A program made the translations under genes and the position numbers. A DNA stretch of 64,000 nucleotides, taken from positions 9,147-73,146 of the forward strand of contig CANLJX010000002.1 of the NCBI GenBank assembly GCA_947491545.1, read 5' to 3'. The notes below the pieces were generated by a model, which was given only the letters and a program-made list of their open reading frames with translations, searched no databases and was not told the DNA's origin. This document shows positions 16,340 to 24,211 of this stretch, one piece after another (positions within the stretch are counted from its first letter, which is position 1; each line of letters begins with the position of its first letter). This DNA is from Deltaproteobacteria bacterium. Its GTDB lineage: Bacteria > Bdellovibrionota_C > UBA2361 > OMII01.

Positions 16340-16654
16340 ATGGATTTTCCGACAGAGATCGTTGGTGACAAGGCGTACATCAGGGTGACCAGTGATCTCG
16401 ACACAGAGGTCGCGGGAGAAGCTCTCCGGGCTGCGTTCAACGATGTGTACGACAAGGGGACACGCACAATCGTGCTCGACCTCTCAAGCACACAGATCAT
16501 TAACAGCTACGGAATCGGCAAGGTGCTCATGTGCTACAAGCGCCTCAAGGCCGAGAATGGAGTGCTGATGGTGAAGCCCCTCAGTGGATTTGTGAAAGAG
16601 ACCTTCGAGCTGCTGATGCTCGACAAGCTGCTGCCGGAAGACAAGGATCGGTAG
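16340..16654 (+). CDS. STAS-domain anti-sigma-factor antagonist (SpoIIAA/RsbV-like)
   Basis: 104 aa. TIVLDLSSTQIINSYGIGKVL with the conserved phosphorylatable Ser context. Confidence 0.8.
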   Translation: MDFPTEIVGDKAYIRVTSDLDTEVAGEALRAAFNDVYDKGTRTIVLDLSSTQIINSYGIGKVLMCYKRLKAENGVLMVKPLSGFVKETFELLMLDKLLPEDKDR

Positions 16655-16724
16655 CGGCGAGAAGGAGAGAGCAAGGAGCGAAGTTGCAGTGAGCTGAATG
16701 GAGGAGAAGCGGAGCAGATAGCCC

Positions 16725-17654
16725 ATGAGCGTTGCGTCGACACCCCCGAGCATTTTGCTAGCTGACGGAGATGACCGCAGCCGCGAGGTGTTTGGAAGCT
16801 TCTTCCAGCGCAGAGGCTGGCAGTACGACGTCCTCCAAGACTCCCGCATGCTCGGCTCGGTGCTCGATCGTACACCGTACGACATCGTGATCGCCGATGT
16901 AGAGATGCCGGGCGTCGATGCGCTGCAAGTGCTCACGGATGTGCTCAGGAAGCATCCGACACAAGCCATCATCGCCGTGAGCAACGAGGCCTCGTACGAC
17001 GATGCCCTGACGTTCTTCCGCAGCGGCGCCACCGACCTTTTGGCTCGCCCAGTTGATTTTATGTGGCTTGAGCGAGTCGTCCAGCAGGTCGTCTGCTCGC
17101 GGCGCAACGACGAGCGGGAGCGGCTCTCGTACGCGTTCGTGACGAGCGAGCGCACCGAAATGCGATTCTCCTGCAAGGATGTGATCGAGCTCGACACCGT
17201 GCCCCTTCCTATAGTCGGCCGGCTGCAAGCCGTTGGCGCGCTCGACCAAAACGAGGCGATCAAAGTGCGGCTTGCCGTGCAGGAAGCAGTGCTCAACGCT
17301 CTAGAACACGGCAACTTGGGGCTTGAATCGGCGTGGAAGGAGGAGTTTCAGGCAAACGGCGAGGACCGCTTCGCAGCGGTGCGCCGCGAGAGGCTGCTCG
17401 ATCCAGCATACTCCGAGCGCTCGATCTTTGTGGGTGTTTCGTACGACGGTGGAGTGCTCGAAATCCGAATTAAGGATGAAGGGCAAGGATTTCTCAATCT
17501 GCAGGGCGCGCAGGCTCGTCGCGGCCCTCAGGACGTCTCGTGCTCTGGGCGCGGATTGGCGCTCATGTCGAGCGCGGTGGATGAAGTTTTATTTGACAGG
17601 AACGGATCTGAAGTAACGCTTCGAAAGGCTACCAAGCGCGCAAGGAGAGCGTAG
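16725..17654 (+). CDS. Response-regulator receiver domain fused to RsbW/SpoIIAB-type serine kinase (HATPase_c_2)
   Basis: REC domain: ILLADGDD...DIVIADVEMPGVDA...IIAVS. Kinase domain: N-box QEAVLNALEHGN, G1 IKDEGQGF, G2 GRGLALM. Confidence 0.75.
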   Translation: MSVASTPPSILLADGDDRSREVFGSFFQRRGWQYDVLQDSRMLGSVLDRTPYDIVIADVEMPGVDALQVLTDVLRKHPTQAIIAVSNEASYDDALTFFRSGATDLLARPVDFMWLERVVQQVVCSRRNDERERLSYAFVTSERTEMRFSCKDVIELDTVPLPIVGRLQAVGALDQNEAIKVRLAVQEAVLNALEHGNLGLESAWKEEFQANGEDRFAAVRRERLLDPAYSERSIFVGVSYDGGVLEIRIKDEGQGFLNLQGAQARRGPQDVSCSGRGLALMSSAVDEVLFDRNGSEVTLRKATKRARRA

Positions 17655-17658
17655 AGAG

Positions 17659-17994
17659 ATGGCACTTAAATTTAGGCTGAAAGGGCTGGCAGAGACCTTC
17701 GTCGACACAATCACCTGCCCGTGTTGCGGCACTATCGGGTCGGATGACCAGAATTTCTCGACAGAGTTCACCAAGGTGACCTACGAAGGAATTGTGGTGG
17801 TGGTACAATGCCGCTCGTGCAGCGAGATCTTTGTCCCCTGCACACAGCGCTTGGGGATCCTCGATTACAAAGCACTCCGTGTCGCTGTCGAGAAGGACAG
17901 TGTCGACAGCGGACAGGCGATCCTGACAGGGTGGGAAGCCGTGAGGCTCTCAGCCGAGAAGCTCAACGCCCAGCGGAAAGGAGCGATGCATTAG
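17659..17994 (+). CDS. Zinc-ribbon hypothetical protein
   Basis: CPCCG...CRSCS pair of CxxC motifs. Starts 4 nt after the REC-kinase stop, so it is likely co-transcribed. Confidence 0.5.
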   Translation: MALKFRLKGLAETFVDTITCPCCGTIGSDDQNFSTEFTKVTYEGIVVVVQCRSCSEIFVPCTQRLGILDYKALRVAVEKDSVDSGQAILTGWEAVRLSAEKLNAQRKGAMH

Positions 17995-18040
17995 CCCCCG
18001 CGGCTGTGCTGTTTCACTCGCACCCCGCATCCCGCACCCT

Positions 18041-18072
18041 GGCAACGGGAACGGCACCGGCTCCGGTTCCGA
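18041..18072. repeat. Family C CCGG-rich GC repeat
   Basis: GGCAACGGGAACGGCACCGGCTCCGGTTCCGA. Confidence 0.6.
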
Positions 18073-18125
18073 AAGCCCCGCGAAGAATTAAATCTAGACC
18101 AGCTTGAGCGAGTCTGCGTTGTATC

Positions 18126-18250
18126 GGGTATTTATCTACAAAGAGAGCGGCGAGATCAGAGAGGGGTAAGGGAAGTAGTATTCCCCGTAGTTGTTCTTGC
18201 TGTTCTGTTTGTTTTTATTCCGCGTTCTCGCGCCTCTTCTTGGCAGCTGC
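18126..18250. repeat. Family B palindromic element, copy B-1
   Basis: ACAAAGAGAGCGGCGAGA...GAGGGG...TTCCCCG...GTTCTTGCTGTTCTGTTTGT, then ATTCCGCGTTCTCGCGCCTCTTCTTGGCAGCTGC. Confidence 0.8.
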
Positions 18251-18297
18251 GACCTTTGTGTCGCGCACGTGCACGTAAGGGTAACCGTTGTTGCTGA

Positions 18298-18420
18298 GGG
18301 ATTTATTTACAAAGAGGGCGGCGAGGGTACAGAGGGGGAGATATAGGGCTATTCCCCTCGTCGTTCTCGCCGCTCTCTTTGTTTTAATTCCCCGTTCTCG
18401 CGCCTGTTCTTGGAAGCTGC
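18298..18420. repeat. Family B palindromic element, copy B-2 (172 bp after B-1)
   Basis: ACAAAGAGGGCGGCGAGGGTACAGAGGGGGAG..CTATTCCCCTCGTCGTTCTCGCCGCTCTCTTTGT; tail ATTCCCCGTTCTCGCGCCTGTTCTTGGAAGCTGC. Confidence 0.85.
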
Positions 18421-18442
18421 AATAGAAAGAGGGAAGGAATCG

Positions 18443-18685
18443 TTACTTAGTAACGTCAGCCAACGTCAGGCCAGCCTTCTTGAGGGCGCCTGCGAAACCG
18501 ATCTTGTCGATGGTACGAAGAACGCGGGTCGAAACACGAACGCGGACGTACTTGCCGAGCTCCGGCACGAAGAGGCGCTTCGACTGCAGGTTCGACTCGA
18601 ACTTGTGGTTGGTCTTGTTGTTAGCGTGGCTAACGCGGTGACCGTTTTGGTGTGAAACCCCTGAAATTGCGCAACGACGAGCCAT
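18443..18685 (-). CDS. rpmB: 50S ribosomal protein L28
   Basis: MARRCAISGVSHQNGHRVSHANNKTNHKFESNLQSKRLFVPELGKYVRVRVSTRVLRTIDK matches the L28 pattern (C..TGK....GN.VSHA...T.R.F.PNLQ). Confidence 0.9.
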   Translation of the reverse strand: MARRCAISGVSHQNGHRVSHANNKTNHKFESNLQSKRLFVPELGKYVRVRVSTRVLRTIDKIGFAGALKKAGLTLADVTK

Positions 18686-18714
18686 AGAAACTTCCTCTCA
18701 GAAATGCCGGACGA

Positions 18715-18742
18715 GCTTATATGTCTCTGAGATGATTGTCAA
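18715..18742 (-). promoter_or_regulatory. Candidate sigma70-type promoter of rpmB
   Basis: Minus strand TTGACA-15/17 nt-TATAAG(CT), ~30 nt upstream of the rpmB RBS GAGAGGAAG. Confidence 0.4.
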
Positions 18743-18870
18743 AGTAGGGGACATTATCCCCATCACCAAGTAACCACCTGATTTCCATGCTTTTTATCGC
18801 TTTACCATAAACTTACGGCCCCGTGAACGTGCGCGTGCACGTAAACGGCGAAGATTTCTTCCAGTCGCCT

Positions 18871-18921
18871 CGCAGCCGCAGCCGCACCCGGAGCTGGTGC
18901 CGTTCCTGGTGCCGTGCCCGG
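18871..18921. repeat. Family C CCGG-rich GC repeat
   Basis: GCAGCCGCAGCCGCACCCGGAGCTGGTGCCGTTCCTGGTGCCGTGCCCGGG. Confidence 0.6.
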
Positions 18922-18997
18922 GCAAGGCGAGGACTGGCTCGGCGCCATTTAGAACATGAATCCGCGCCTCCGCGTTATTAAACCAGAAGCTGCCGGT

Positions 18998-19260
18998 ATC
19001 GACTGAAGCTGGGAGGTTACGCTCACGGTCGATTGTGAAGAGCGAGCTCTCTCGGTGTTTAAAGCCTTTTAGTTAAGTAACGCGGAGGCGCGGAACTCGC
19101 GGAGGTCACGGAAAGTGATTCACCGAGGCGCCAGCAGCGACATATTCTCTGATAAGAAAGCACCATGGCGGCAGACTCCGCGTCTTCCGCGCCTCCGCGT
19201 TACCTAACCAAAAAGCTCCGAAGCTCATTGGTGAACGGGTGATTTGCAGAGCCCTCCTCT
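18998..19260 (+). repeat. Family D ~260-bp repeat, copy D-1
   Basis: ATCGACTGAAGCTG...GTTAAGTAACGCGGAGGCGCGGAACTCGCGGAGGTCACGGAA...TCTCTGATAAGAAAGC...TCCGCGCCTCCGCGTTACCTAACC...GATTTGCAGAGCCC. The internal 24-bp IR is GTTAAGTAACGCGGAGGCGCGGA / TCCGCGCCTCCGCGTTACCTAAC. Confidence 0.85.
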
Positions 19261-19275
19261 CGCAGCCGCAGCCGC

Positions 19276-20352
19276 TCAGTAAATCAACAACGACTCAATC
19301 TTCGGCCCGCCACCTCCTCCAGCGCGGCCGCCTGACTTGTTGAGCGTCGCGCTCGCCATAAAGGTCGCGTTTCCGTAGTCGACCTTTGCGATGACCTCGA
19401 AGATGTTTCCGGAATGGGTGACCTTGTTTCCGCCTGAGCCTGAGGCACTCGTAAGGTTGCCAGCGATGGAGCCTCCGACGATAGCGGTCAGCTCTGACAC
19501 CAGCCCAGTGGTGAACGGCTGCTGCTCGCGCTGCTGAATAATCTGCGCGGCAAGCTGCTGCGTCATTGAGGCATCCAGCGCCATCAGGACCTGCTCAGGG
19601 GCAGCGTTTATGTTTACCGCTGCAAAGTTTGAGATCGAGACGTACGGGAGGATCTTCTGGATCACGTCGGGGGTAAACCCAGGTACAGCCGAGAGCTCAC
19701 TGGCGACCGACTCGATTTTTCCTTCGTTTCGCAGCTCTTCTTCTTCCGAAAGAGTGTTCTCGGTGCCCTGAAAGCTCTCTCCTGACGGGCTCTGGTACGA
19801 GAAGGCATCCTTGTTGGTATCGAGGTAGTCGACGAGGTTTGCCACAAGCTGCTCAGGCACAACCGGAGGCCCATCCGCAGTAGAGTTGCCGACCCCTAAG
19901 TTCTTCATCAGCCGCAAGAGAACCGGAGCCCACTTCTGCACGTTGGTCGAGGGATTTCCCTGGGCGCCAGTGTCCTTAAGTTGGAGGAGGGGAATCTTCC
20001 CCTGCTCAGAAGCGATCAAGAGCGACACTCGCACGTTCGGTTCGTCGATGCCGAGCATGGCGCCTGGAGCCTCAAGACCCTGCTGAAACTTCATCCAGTC
20101 ATCGGTGAGCGGGTCTTCCTGCGAATTCTTGTCGTTCTCGATCAGCACGGCTGCAACATTCACGGCTGATTTGAGGATGTACTCAGCCTTCACTCGCCGC
20201 TCGGCAGCGCTGTTGAGCCGCATAGCGATGTACGTTGAGTCTCCGAGCGCGACCAGGATCGTCAAGCCGATAGCGATCATCAGGATCACCATTAGGATTG
20301 CAACGCCGCGCTCGCTCGCGCCGGACCGGGATGTTTTCAGAACCTCATGCAC
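19276..20352 (-). CDS. gspK: Type II secretion system minor pseudopilin GspK-like
   Basis: ERGVAILMVILMIAIGL N-terminus, plus the helix-hairpin-helix region VNINAAPEQVLMAL typical of GspK. No other gsp genes are adjacent. Confidence 0.78.
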   Translation of the reverse strand: MHEVLKTSRSGASERGVAILMVILMIAIGLTILVALGDSTYIAMRLNSAAERRVKAEYILKSAVNVAAVLIENDKNSQEDPLTDDWMKFQQGLEAPGAMLGIDEPNVRVSLLIASEQGKIPLLQLKDTGAQGNPSTNVQKWAPVLLRLMKNLGVGNSTADGPPVVPEQLVANLVDYLDTNKDAFSYQSPSGESFQGTENTLSEEEELRNEGKIESVASELSAVPGFTPDVIQKILPYVSISNFAAVNINAAPEQVLMALDASMTQQLAAQIIQQREQQPFTTGLVSELTAIVGGSIAGNLTSASGSGGNKVTHSGNIFEVIAKVDYGNATFMASATLNKSGGRAGGGGGPKIESLLIY

Positions 20353-20684
20353 TGTAGAACAAGGTTGTAGGGTTGTGGCTGAGAGTGCAAGCCCTAAAGT
20401 GGAACGGGCTGCGAGTATCTTCGCAGATCAGTACGATGAGCCTTGTCAGGAGCTTAGAGTGAGTTCAGTTGATTCGCAAGAAGCTTCACCACCTGGGGAG
20501 TTTCATGTCCGGCCAGTAAAACGCCAGAAGCTGTTCGCTCTCTTGTTGTGTGGTGTGGTACCAAGGATGGGTCGCATGACCCATATCAGTGGAGGCTCGT
20601 CCCGAGGCTGCTAGATGCGAGAAGGGCTTCGATGGTTTTGTCATCGGGCCTTCGTAGTAGCTCTTGGCGAGGTAAAATTCCAGA

Positions 20685-21086
20685 ATGATACGCGCTCTAA
20701 TTCTTGAAGACGATGCCTGCTCCGCGCTCGCAATGAGCTCGCTGCTTGATCAGCAGGGGATATCCTCAATAACCGTTGCTGACACTGCGGATGCAGTCGA
20801 AGAGGTCCGAAAATCGAAGCCCGATGTGCTGCTGGCCGACTGGAATGCTCTCGGAGAGCGCTCTTCGCTCGATTTAGCGCGAGAGCTAAGGCGAGTGCGG
20901 CCTGACTCGAAAGTGCTCTTCATCTCTGGCTTCTCGCGCGACTACATAGAGAAGCAGATCGGCGATTTCGCCCCGTGCACGGTGTTCACCAAGCCGATTA
21001 ACTTCGAAGAGCTGGTGGATGAGATCAGCAGTTTTCATCCTGGCGCTGGCCAAAGCATCGTGACCGAGATCGCGGCAAACTCCTAG
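20685..21086 (+). CDS. Single-domain response regulator (CheY-like receiver)
   Basis: ILEDD...DVLLADWN...FISGF...KPINFEEL receiver-domain pattern. Confidence 0.8.
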   Translation: MIRALILEDDACSALAMSSLLDQQGISSITVADTADAVEEVRKSKPDVLLADWNALGERSSLDLARELRRVRPDSKVLFISGFSRDYIEKQIGDFAPCTVFTKPINFEELVDEISSFHPGAGQSIVTEIAANS

Positions 21087-21205
21087 GCACGGCTAATTCC
21101 GTGATGACTGTCATGCACAGGCGAAGCGGACTGCTGTATGACATCGTGGGTGGTCTCTCTTAATCTGAGAGATGCACCATTGGCGTATGCACATCTGAGG
21201 AGTCC

Positions 21206-21748
21206 ATGGCTTTCTTAACACTGTATTCACTCCTTCTTGAACAGCTCCGTGTCCTGTACGGTGCCGAGACTCACCTCACAAAGGCGCTGCCTAGGCTGAT
21301 AGAGGGCGTGGCGAGCTCTGAGCTGAAGTCCCTCCTGACGCAGCACCTCGAAGAGACGGAGAACCACATCGAGCGCTTAGATATTGTGGCGACCCAGCTT
21401 CACGAGAAGCTCGCCGGGCAGCGATGCCGTATGGTCGAGGGATTGATGCGCGAGGCGGCGGAGCTAACAGAACGCAGGGGAGATGAGAGTGTCTTAGATG
21501 CGGCGGTTATCGGAGTGATGCGGATTGTGGAGAGCTACGAGCGCTCTTCGTACGAGGTCGTGCGCGGGCTCCTTGAGGTGCTCGGGGAAGCCGAGGCGCT
21601 CAAGGCGATCGATCGCAACTTGCTCGACGAGAATCGCTGCGAACAGTCGATGACGGTCCTGTTCGAGGATATTATCGACTCTATTCATGAGTCAGCCCAC
21701 CACGCGCCGTCGCCGGCTGCTTCTGAAGAGAGCCCGAGCGTTGGGTAG
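21206..21748 (+). CDS. Ferritin-like DUF892 protein (YciE/YciF family)
   Basis: LLEQLRVLYGAETHLTKALPRLIEGVASSELKSLLTQHLEETENHIERL matches the YciF/YciE signature. Confidence 0.75.
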   Translation: MAFLTLYSLLLEQLRVLYGAETHLTKALPRLIEGVASSELKSLLTQHLEETENHIERLDIVATQLHEKLAGQRCRMVEGLMREAAELTERRGDESVLDAAVIGVMRIVESYERSSYEVVRGLLEVLGEAEALKAIDRNLLDENRCEQSMTVLFEDIIDSIHESAHHAPSPAASEESPSVG

Positions 21749-21755
21749 CGCCTAG

Positions 21756-22000
21756 GCGGAAAAAAGGGGACGGACATGCTTTGTATAAAAGGTGCTATGT
21801 CCCGAAGGAGTTGCTAGCCGGCCGTGCTCCTCCTCCTCCTCCTTGTCCTAGTCTTTCTCCTTCTCCTGCACTTGCACTCAATTCCTCGTCATCATCCGGG
21901 TATCGCGACACCAGCATCGTCGGCGTTCCAGCGAGGCTTCCTGGGTATGAGCAGGAGTCGGTGCAGGTGCAGGAGGAAGAGGAGGATTAGGATGAAGATG
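21756..22000 (+). repeat. Family A element, copy A-4 (tandem with A-5)
   Basis: GCGGAAAAAAGGGGACGGACATGCTTTGTATAAAAGG outer end, then CTCCTGCACTTGCACTCAATTCCTCGTCATCATCC ... GAGCAGGAGTCGGTGCAGGTGCAGGAGGAAGAGGAGGA. Confidence 0.85.
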
Positions 22001-22241
22001 GGAGAAAGGGGACAGACACTTTGTCCAGCGGGGTGCTCTTCTTCTAATGCGTTTCCTGGTCTTCGTCCTTCTCCTTCTCCTGCACTTGCAATGAATTCCC
22101 CGTCCTCATCCAGGTATCGCGATACCAAAATCGTCGGCGAACCAGTGACTTGCTGATTGGGAGCAGGAGTCAGTGCAGGTGCAGGAGGAAGAGGAAGATT
22201 AGGATAAAGATGGGAAAAGTGTCCGTCCCCTTTTTCCTGCG
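22001..22241 (+). repeat. Family A element, copy A-5
   Basis: GGAGAAAGGGGACAGACACTTTGTCC..., CTCCTGCACTTGCAATGAATTCCCCGTCCTCATCC ... GTCAGTGCAGGTGCAGGAGGAAGAGGAAGA ... GGGAAAAGTGTCCGTCCCCTTTTTCCTGCG. Confidence 0.85.
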
Positions 22242-22244
22242 ACC

Positions 22245-22407
22245 CTAGCAGCTCTTGGACTTCTTCGGAGTAAACGGCGAACGCGCTGGTGGTGACTTCT
22301 CCTTTGGCGATGGCATGCTTGGCGATGGCGCTATCTTCTGTGCGGGTTTCTTCTTGCTTGGCATAATTCCTCTCCTGTAGCTCTTGAATGAGCACTTTTT
22401 GCAGCAT
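22245..22407 (-). pseudogene. Small ORF whose 3' end reads into tandem family-A repeats (track ORF 21892..22407)
   Basis: The first ~54 codons (MLQKVLIQELQERNYAKQEETRTEDSAIAKHAIAKGEVTTSAFAVYSEEVQELL) are unique sequence. From ~22241 downward the frame continues through repeats A-5 and A-4 with no stop for a further ~115 codons. Confidence 0.3.
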
Positions 22408-22460
22408 CTTCGGTTTGCGATAGCCGATCGTCTATGAGCCGGCACAGCGTAAGATCGATT

Positions 22461-22628
22461 TTATCCGTGCGGCCTAAAGCGCGGAGCGGTAAGTGATCCC
22501 AGGAAAAGGACGAGCAGGATCGGAAAGAGGATGCGCGCCACCTTGCACGCCGGACCCGGCGCGCCCCCGAAGGCGACGAGCGCCGCGAACAGTGTTGCAA
22601 CGGAGAGGATGACAGGGGCAATGCGCAT
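22461..22628 (-). CDS. Small two-TM membrane protein (hypothetical)
   Basis: ORF 22461..22649. Start at MRIAPVILSVATLFAALVAFGG...ILFPILLVLFLGSL gives two hydrophobic helices. Confidence 0.3.
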   Translation of the reverse strand: MRIAPVILSVATLFAALVAFGGAPGPACKVARILFPILLVLFLGSLTAPRFRPHG

Positions 22629-22798
22629 GCGGGCACCGTAGTGCCTCACGCGAGTAGATGTAATGACGCAAGTCTCGCCCTCGATGTGGTGCTGTGGGTC
22701 AAGACGTGATCAGTATCAGGAGGGATTAATAAAATGAGGCGTGGCTGTAGAGTTTAGGCGGTGAGGCTGCTACTCTTCGCACCGTTCGACGGAGGCTC

Positions 22799-23020
22799 AT
22801 GAACAGCCGAGAGTACATTCACGGGATCTTTCTTGAGATTGTGTCAGCTCCCAACTACGGGCTGACTGAGTGGCAAGACGCATTCGTTCGCGCAGCACTT
22901 GAGGTGTCGCGAGAAGTTGAGTCGCCGCTTAAAGAAGAGGCAATCGTTAGGCTTGTGGCGATGCAAGTGCAGGCCGAGAGGCGTTACAGCCGCCCGCAGC
23001 GAATCTGTTGGGCTCAGTAA
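22799..23020 (+). CDS. Hypothetical small protein
   Basis: 73-aa ORF with GGAGG shortly upstream. Converges on and overlaps the hbd 3' end by 7 nt. Confidence 0.35.
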   Translation: MNSREYIHGIFLEIVSAPNYGLTEWQDAFVRAALEVSREVESPLKEEAIVRLVAMQVQAERRYSRPQRICWAQ

Positions 23021-23862
23021 GAGTAAAAGCCTCTTCCGGACTTCTTTCCGTGCCAGCCGGCCTCAACGTACTTCACCAGCAGCGGACACGGCCGGTACTT
23101 GTCCTCGCCCAGTTCCCTGTGAAGGAGCTGCAAGATGTAGAGCAGGGTGTCTAGCCCGACGAAGTCTGCCAGCGTGAGCGGTCCCATCGGGTGGTTCGTT
23201 CCGAGCTTCATGGCGTTGTCGATGTCGGTCGGCGCCACACCCTCCTGAACCAAGAAGATAGCCTCGTTGATCATCGGACAGAGGATCCGGTTCACGATGA
23301 AGCCTGGGCCATCGAGCGCGAGCACGGTGGTCTTCTTGATGGAGGCGCACAGGGCCAGGATGGCCTTGTAGGTGTCGTCACTTGTCTGAAGCCCCCGAAT
23401 AAGCTCTACGAGCTGCATCACGGGAACTGGATTCATGAAGTGAACTCCCAGGAACTTGTCGGGGCGCGAGGTCACTGCGGCCATCCGAGTGATTGAGATC
23501 GAGGATGTGTTGCTCGCCAGAATTGCGTCCGGCCTGAGGATCTTGTCCACCTCGCGGAAGAGCGCGGCCTTTGGCTCAAACTGCTCGATGATAGCTTCAA
23601 TGATGAGGTCGCATGAGGCGAAGTCCCTAAGAGAGCCTGCGGCCGAGAGGTGCTGCTTTGCTCGCTCGCTCGTCGCCGCATCCATCTTTCCCTTCTCAAC
23701 CGCCTGACCGAGGCGGGAGTGGATTCCTGCCAAGCCTTTCTCGAGGGCTGGCGCTGATGCGTCGAAGAGCAGCGTGCGGTGTCCCGCCGTTGCGAGCACC
23801 TGAGCGATCCCTGCGCCCATCTGTCCAGCACCAACAACACCGACTGATTTAATCTCTGCCAT
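23014..23862 (-). CDS. hbd: 3-hydroxybutyryl-CoA dehydrogenase
   Basis: Start moved to MAEIKSVGVVGAGQMGAGIAQV (GGAGGG RBS), because the longer ORF start lies inside repeat A-6. NAD-binding GxGxxG, NTSSISIT, and the C-terminal GKKSGRGFYSY. Confidence 0.9.
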   Translation of the reverse strand: MAEIKSVGVVGAGQMGAGIAQVLATAGHRTLLFDASAPALEKGLAGIHSRLGQAVEKGKMDAATSERAKQHLSAAGSLRDFASCDLIIEAIIEQFEPKAALFREVDKILRPDAILASNTSSISITRMAAVTSRPDKFLGVHFMNPVPVMQLVELIRGLQTSDDTYKAILALCASIKKTTVLALDGPGFIVNRILCPMINEAIFLVQEGVAPTDIDNAMKLGTNHPMGPLTLADFVGLDTLLYILQLLHRELGEDKYRPCPLLVKYVEAGWHGKKSGRGFYSY

Positions 23863-23920
23863 AAACCCTCCAAGCGGATTACGGGCTAAAAATCCCGTGA
23901 ACGAGGGGAATGCGCAAGGC

Positions 23921-24211
23921 GCGAAAAAGGGACGGATACCTTTTCGCGCCTTCCCTACTGACGAGTTCATAGCCGACCGCTCTTTTCCTCAACCTTCTCC
24001 TCGTCTTCCTCCTTCTCATTCTCCGGCACTTGCACTGGATTCCTCGTCCTCATCCGGGTCTTCCGACGCGAATATCGTAGCCAATCCGCGGAATTGTTCT
24101 GATTATGAGCAGGAACCGGTGCAGGTGCAGGAGGAAGAGGAGGATTGGGATAAAGATGAGGAATGTTATCTCGGCAGATTTTTTACGGACCGGGAGGGGC
24201 ACCTTTTTCGC
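23921..24211 (+). repeat. Family A element, copy A-6
   Basis: GCGAAAAAGGGACGGATACCTTTTCGC ... GGCACTTGCACTGGATTCCTCGTCCTCATCC ... GATTATGAGCAGGAACCGGTGCAGGTGCAGGAGGAAGAGGAGGA ... GGGGCACCTTTTTCGC. Confidence 0.88.

Noticed and set aside
21781-22156. ORFs running through family-A repeats that share an acidic peptide (..YEQE.VQVQEEEED), e.g. 21781..21990, 21824..22156, 23897..24214, 29452..29670, 10117..10422 and 5097..5423
   Set aside because: The conservation follows the nucleotide palindrome rather than codon structure. Differences between copies are not concentrated at third positions. Copies occur in both orientations, and there is no RBS or consistent start. I treat them as non-coding repeats.
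23863-23970. N-terminal extension of hbd (track ORF starts at 23970, MNSSVGKARKG...)
   Set aside because: The extension lies inside repeat A-6. The canonical MAEIKSVGVVGAGQMG start at 23862 has a GGAGGG RBS.
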